A DNA stretch of 64,000 nucleotides from Acidimicrobiia bacterium (GTDB lineage Bacteria; Actinomycetota; Acidimicrobiia; Spongiisociales; ZC4RG35): contig JANQRA010000020.1 in assembly GCA_028284765.1 (NCBI GenBank), forward strand, positions 14,513 through 78,512, in the 5' to 3' direction. The position numbers were made by a program, and so were the translations under genes. The notes under the pieces are model-generated. The model saw only the letters and a list, made by a program, of their open reading frames with translations, did no database searches and was not told the DNA's origin. This document shows, piece after piece, positions 59,285-64,000 of the stretch (positions are counted from its first letter, which is position 1; every line of letters starts with the position of its first letter).

Positions 59285-59397
59285 AGGGTGAATAGGAACC
59301 GTCCTGATAAGCAACTTCGGCCCAGCGGCTGCAGACGCTGTTATGCCGACTACCTAACCTGACGCAAGGCCACTAGTAGACCGGGAGTGAGCGAGAC

Positions 59398-60354
59398 ATG
59401 CTGAGGTACCTGCTCAGAAGGATCCTTATCGCGATCCCGGTCCTGCTGGGCATTCTCTTCCTCGCCTTCGTCATGACTCGTGCTCTCCCCGGAGACCCGT
59501 TGCTCATGATGATGAGCATCGAAGAGTTCGAAGCTTCGGAGGAGTTCCTTGAAACGCGGAGAGAACAGCTTGGTCTGTCCGATCCCCTCCCGGTTCAGTA
59601 CATCACATGGGTCGGAGAGGTAGTCCAAGGCAATCTGGGCGTCTCATTCCATCGACGGGCCAACGTTGCCGAAGTGATCGCCGGGCGCATCGGGCCAACA
59701 GCGCTATTGACCGGAACCGCAGTCTTCATGGCTCTGGCTGTGGGGATACCAACGGGGGTGATCGCCGCCATAAGGCAGAACAGTTGGTTCGATTACACAT
59801 CTGCAGCAGGGAGCATGCTCGCAATCTCGATTCCCAACTTCTTCTTGGGGCTCATGGCGATTTACGTGTTCTCACTTCAGCTCGGATGGTTACCGACAGG
59901 TGGTTTGAACACCCTGGGAGCTGAACCATCCTTCGTTGACTCGCTACGACACCTGATCATGCCAGCGGGAGTACTAGCCGCCGTCTTGATCGGCCCCTAT
60001 GTTCGATACACGAGGCAAAGCATGCTCGACGTGCTCCATCAGGACTACATCACGACAGCCACTGCGAAGGGCGTGAAGCGCTCATCCATCTTGATTTTTC
60101 ACGGATTGCGGAACGCACTCGTCCCCCTCACGACGGTGGTTGCAATCCAAATTCCAGCCCTCCTCGCTGGAACAGTCATCATCGAGACCATCTTCACCTG
60201 GCCAGGAATGGGACAACTCGTCTTGGAAGGGATCTCGCGACGCGACTATCCAATCATCGTCGGGGTGGTTCTTGTCAGCGCCGTGCTCGTGATGGTCTTC
60301 AACCTTCTCGCCGACCTACTCGCCGCCGTCCTTGACCCGAGGATCAGATTGTGA
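59398..60354 (+). CDS. ABC permease (DppB-like)
   Basis: LPGDP, GNLGVS, YITTATAKG, IETIFTWPG, DPRIR. Confidence 0.92.
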   Translation: MLRYLLRRILIAIPVLLGILFLAFVMTRALPGDPLLMMMSIEEFEASEEFLETRREQLGLSDPLPVQYITWVGEVVQGNLGVSFHRRANVAEVIAGRIGPTALLTGTAVFMALAVGIPTGVIAAIRQNSWFDYTSAAGSMLAISIPNFFLGLMAIYVFSLQLGWLPTGGLNTLGAEPSFVDSLRHLIMPAGVLAAVLIGPYVRYTRQSMLDVLHQDYITTATAKGVKRSSILIFHGLRNALVPLTTVVAIQIPALLAGTVIIETIFTWPGMGQLVLEGISRRDYPIIVGVVLVSAVLVMVFNLLADLLAAVLDPRIRL

Positions 60355-61307
60355 ACGACGAACGTACTGAACAGATACTCGACGAAGAGGCCCAGGCGCT
60401 GATTGGAGCCGGTGAAGCACCGGACCCCAGAGGCGACATGAAGCGAGCGAAGGCCAAGATCCAGTCTCCAGGACGAATCGCGTGGAGGCGGTTCCTCCGC
60501 CATCGACTTGCGTTGGGCGGAATGGTCTTCGTCGGGATCCTCTTCCTCGTGGCGATCTTTGCCGAGTTCCTCGCACCGTACGACCCCAACGTGGTCAACA
60601 CGTCAGCATTTCGCACCCCACCAAGCTCTGAACACTGGTTGGGCACAGATTCGGCCGGCCGAGACGTTCTCAGCCGCTTGATCTTCGGAGCTCGAGTCTC
60701 TTTGACCGTGGGTGTCGCTGCAGCTCTCTCTGCCCTCGGGCTGGGCACTCTCCTCGGCTTGCTGGCCGGTGTGGTGGGCGGTTGGGTGGACTCATTCATC
60801 ATGCGGGCCGTCGACGTGTTCCTCTCTTTCCCGTCGCTCATGTTGATTCTGCTGCTCGTTGCCGTTCTTGGCCCAAGTATCGGAACAATCGTGGTGGTCA
60901 TCGCCCTCTTCGAATGGCCAACGGCGGCCCGCATAGTTCGACAGATGGCCCTGTCGGTCAAAGAAACAGACTTCGTCCTCTCGGCACGCGCTGTCGGATC
61001 GAGCCGCTGGCGAATCATGCGGAAACACGTCGCGCCGGCTGTCCTCTCACCTCTGACAGTCGTAGGAACGTTGCTCGCTGCGCAGGCGATACTCCTGGAA
61101 GCGGCGCTCTCGTTCCTAGGTCTTGGCGTCAAGCAGCCGCAGGCGAGTTGGGGTGGGATGCTCGAGGAAGCCAAGTCGTTGACCATCCTGGAGCAAATGC
61201 CGTGGATGTGGATTCCGCCAGGTCTCACGATCGCCGTCACTGTCCTCGCGATCAATTTCATCGGCGACGGGCTCAGGGACGCATTCGATCCGAGGCAACA
61301 GATGTGA
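60351..61307 (+). CDS. ABC permease (DppC-like)
   Basis: HWLGTDSAGRD, EAALSFLGLG, NFIGDGLRDAFDP. Confidence 0.92.
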   Translation: MNDERTEQILDEEAQALIGAGEAPDPRGDMKRAKAKIQSPGRIAWRRFLRHRLALGGMVFVGILFLVAIFAEFLAPYDPNVVNTSAFRTPPSSEHWLGTDSAGRDVLSRLIFGARVSLTVGVAAALSALGLGTLLGLLAGVVGGWVDSFIMRAVDVFLSFPSLMLILLLVAVLGPSIGTIVVVIALFEWPTAARIVRQMALSVKETDFVLSARAVGSSRWRIMRKHVAPAVLSPLTVVGTLLAAQAILLEAALSFLGLGVKQPQASWGGMLEEAKSLTILEQMPWMWIPPGLTIAVTVLAINFIGDGLRDAFDPRQQM

Positions 61308-61317
61308 GCCGGATCAC

Positions 61318-62388
61318 ATGACACAGCGCCCAAACGATTCGTCACGTGAACCCCTACTCGAGGTCCGCAATCTGAACACGACATTCAAGACTGAGACCGG
61401 CACCGTCCAAGCCGTGCGCGGTGTCAACTGGGAGATCTACCCCGGTGAGTTCCTTGGAGTCGTCGGTGAATCCGGGAGCGGCAAGAGTGTGACGATGGCC
61501 TCGATCATGGGCCTCGTACCGACACCACCGGGGTCCGTGGGCGCTGACTCCGTCACGTTCGAGGGTAAGGATCTCCTGTCGCTCAACGAACGACAGATGC
61601 GAAGAATCAGGGGTCACGAGATCTCGATGATCTTTCAGGACCCGATGACGTCATTCAATCCCGTGCACACCATTGGAAACCAGATCTCTGAAGCGATTCG
61701 AGTCCATGACTCGAAGATGACGAGACGAGCGGCAAAGAAGCGCTCGATAGAGTTGCTGTCACTGGTCGGTGTTCCCAGCCCCGAAGTTCGATTCGCTCAG
61801 TTTCCCCACGAGTACTCCGGCGGTATGAGGCAACGGGCGATGATCGCCATGGCGATCGCCAATCAGCCGAAACTGATAATCGCGGACGAGCCGACCACGG
61901 CGCTCGACGTCACGATTCAGGCACAGATACTTGACGTCTTGAATCTGATTCAGGAAGAAACGGACGCGGCGACCATCCTTATCACGCATGACCTCGGCCT
62001 CATCGCCGAGATGTCAGATCGAGTGCTTGTCATGTACGCAGGAAAGGTCGTGGAGACAGCGACAGTCTTTGAGCTCTTCGCCGATCCGAAGCATCCATAC
62101 ACGCTCGGGTTGCTTGCAAGTCTTCCTCGATTGGACAGTCAGCTCGACTCGCTTCTGTCAATACCGGGACAGCCTCCTTCCTTGATCACTCCACCCACTG
62201 GGTGCTCCTTTCATCCACGATGTGACCTGACAAAGGGTCGCTCTGAATGCAGAAGCGAACTCCCGGTGCTCGTTGAAGCCTCCAATGGCCACCACACGGC
62301 GTGCCACTTCTGGGACGAGATGACAGAGATTGCCGAAGTTGTCACTGACACGGTCGGCATAGATGTCAGGTCGAGCGTGGAAACATGA
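61318..62388 (+). CDS. ABC ATP-binding protein (DppD-like)
   Basis: GESGSGKS, YSGGMRQR, ADEPTTALD. Confidence 0.93.
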   Translation: MTQRPNDSSREPLLEVRNLNTTFKTETGTVQAVRGVNWEIYPGEFLGVVGESGSGKSVTMASIMGLVPTPPGSVGADSVTFEGKDLLSLNERQMRRIRGHEISMIFQDPMTSFNPVHTIGNQISEAIRVHDSKMTRRAAKKRSIELLSLVGVPSPEVRFAQFPHEYSGGMRQRAMIAMAIANQPKLIIADEPTTALDVTIQAQILDVLNLIQEETDAATILITHDLGLIAEMSDRVLVMYAGKVVETATVFELFADPKHPYTLGLLASLPRLDSQLDSLLSIPGQPPSLITPPTGCSFHPRCDLTKGRSECRSELPVLVEASNGHHTACHFWDEMTEIAEVVTDTVGIDVRSSVET

Positions 62389-63428
62389 CATCGACCGTCG
62401 ATGTGAGTGCGGACGATCGAATGCCGCTGGGAGAAGAGATGCTCCGGGTCGAGGATCTCAAGGTCCACTTTCCAGTGAAGTCGACCGTGCTGCGTCGCAA
62501 ACTCGGAGAGGTCAAAGCTGTCGATGGGATCGATCTGGAGCTGGCTGCAGGCGAGACGCTAGGCCTGGTCGGCGAATCCGGATGCGGAAAGTCAACCACG
62601 GGGCAGGCCATTCTCCGTCTCATCGAACCCACCGCTGGGAAAGTCATCTTCCGAGGAAGAGATATCACGGCGATCAGCAGACGCCAGATGAGCCCGCTGA
62701 GACGAGAGATGCAGATCGTGTTGCAAGACCCCTTCGCATCACTCGATCCGAGGATGACGGTCCGCTCGATCATTGCCGAACCGCTGAAGGTTCATGGCGT
62801 CTACACGTCGGGCAAGGACCGAAGGAAGCGTGTCGACGAGCTCCTCGAGCTGGTGGGGTTGAGCAGCGAGCTCGGCTCCCGGTTTCCCCATGAGTTTTCT
62901 GGCGGGCAGCGCCAACGAATTGGGATCGCTCGCGCCCTCGCCCTGAATCCTCAGCTGTTGATTCTCGATGAACCGGTTTCCGCACTAGACGTGTCCATCC
63001 AGGCACAGATCATCAACCTGCTGGAAGAGCTTCAGAAAGAGTTCTCCCTTGCCTATCTGCTGATCGCCCACGACTTGGCGGTGGTCAAACACATCTGTGA
63101 TCGCGTTGCGGTCATGTACCTCGGCAAGATCGTTGAGACCGGAACTCGTGACGAGATCTACAACGACCCCACGCATCCGTACACGCAAGCTCTGCTCTCA
63201 GCGGTCCCGACTCCGGATCCGGCCAAGCGTGACGACAAGACGCGCATTCTGCTCGAGGGCGATGTGCCAACTCCAGAGAATCCGCCGTCAGGGTGTCGCT
63301 TCAGGACAAGGTGTTGGAAGGCGCAACCCGAGTGTGCCGACGAAGTCCCAGCTCTGATCGACCGAGAGGGACTCGGTCATCCGAGTGCCTGCCTTTTTCC
63401 AGAGTCGATCGCCGCAGAAGATCTGTGA
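62385..63428 (+). CDS. ABC ATP-binding protein (DppF-like)
   Basis: GESGCGKS, FSGGQRQR, LDEPVSALD. Confidence 0.93.
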   Translation: MTSTVDVSADDRMPLGEEMLRVEDLKVHFPVKSTVLRRKLGEVKAVDGIDLELAAGETLGLVGESGCGKSTTGQAILRLIEPTAGKVIFRGRDITAISRRQMSPLRREMQIVLQDPFASLDPRMTVRSIIAEPLKVHGVYTSGKDRRKRVDELLELVGLSSELGSRFPHEFSGGQRQRIGIARALALNPQLLILDEPVSALDVSIQAQIINLLEELQKEFSLAYLLIAHDLAVVKHICDRVAVMYLGKIVETGTRDEIYNDPTHPYTQALLSAVPTPDPAKRDDKTRILLEGDVPTPENPPSGCRFRTRCWKAQPECADEVPALIDREGLGHPSACLFPESIAAEDL

Positions 63429-64000
63429 GAGCCCTCGTCGCCAAGGGATTGGGTGACCTGGAGCTTCTCGACTTGCCGGAACCGACCGCACAGCCCGGGC
63501 AAGTGCTAGTCAAGACGATGATCACAGCGGTCAGCGCTGGGACCGAACGACGCATGGTCTACGGCCGGCCGAACGATTTGCGGGAGCATGCGCCGGACTT
63601 CCCCGTTGAAGGTGGATTCGGGTATCTAGCTGCTGGTGAGATCCTCGAGCTGGGTCGAGGTGTCGAGGGCTTGAAGGTTGGCGATCGAGTCAGCGCCGGA
63701 AGAGCGTGGGGCGCCCACCGCGAGATTCTCGATACGGACGCAACGTCTGTGATCCCAGTGCCAGACACCATGAGCTACATGGAGGCCGCAGCGTCGTATT
63801 GGGCAGTACCGCCGTTGGCGGGGATCCTGGCAACCAAGCCCCGCATCTACACAAACTCAGCGGTTGTCGGGCTTGGGCCTCTAGGTCTCTGCGCCGTCCA
63901 GATCCTCGCTCGATCCTCTCGGCGCGTGCTCGCGGTGGACATCGTGGACTCGAGAGTCGAAAAGGCGAGATCATTTGGCGCGGTGGGAGTCAACACGACC
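63425..64000 (+). CDS. MDR (zinc-binding dehydrogenase superfamily) oxidoreductase, 3' partial
   Basis: Not in the ORF track (no stop in window). GTG 63425 overlaps the upstream TGA; reads MRALVAKGLGDLELLDLPEP...TAVSAGTE...FGYLAAG...VGLGPLG. Confidence 0.85.
   Translation, partial: MRALVAKGLGDLELLDLPEPTAQPGQVLVKTMITAVSAGTERRMVYGRPNDLREHAPDFPVEGGFGYLAAGEILELGRGVEGLKVGDRVSAGRAWGAHREILDTDATSVIPVPDTMSYMEAAASYWAVPPLAGILATKPRIYTNSAVVGLGPLGLCAVQILARSSRRVLAVDIVDSRVEKARSFGAVGVNTT

Noticed and set aside
1-64000. CRISPR array, rRNA, tRNA, IS transposase, reverse transcriptase
   Set aside because: No regularly spaced repeats, RNA-gene signatures, transposase-like ORFs or YxDD RT motifs were seen by eye.

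Overview
High-GC (actinobacterial, Acidimicrobiia-like, inferred from Thr/Gly-rich lipoprotein linkers and gene content) mosaic window. (1) 1-~8.1 kb is the right end of a defence/mobility island: DISARM drmB (DUF1998, 5'-truncated by the window), a NERD-nuclease/SF1-helicase, a PD-(D/E)XK-like nuclease, a disrupted Mrr_N-CBS-HEPN gene, an intact tyrosine integrase and a membrane patatin. The integrase has a structured leader: a PafBC/RecA-NDp-like promoter, three hairpins and a 17-aa uORF coupled by TGATG. A second, diverged copy of this leader (72/82 nt identical) sits 2.2 kb upstream in front of the defence genes, without an integrase. (2) 9.6-41.5 kb and 47.8-64 kb hold three GntR-regulated catabolic clusters of unknown substrate, each built around a Dpp/Opp-type ABC importer, with hydrolases, dehydrogenases, a P450-ferredoxin pair, a CoA-transferase, a ThDP enzyme and two hypothetical proteins. 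Two pseudogenes missed by the ORF track (enolase-family; PPOX-family) and candidate operator motifs were read from the DNA. (3) 41.6-47.8 kb looks like housekeeping sequence (MFS, histidine kinase, ABC exporter, xth). No rRNA, tRNA or CRISPR array was seen. All calls are by eye; no database searches were run.
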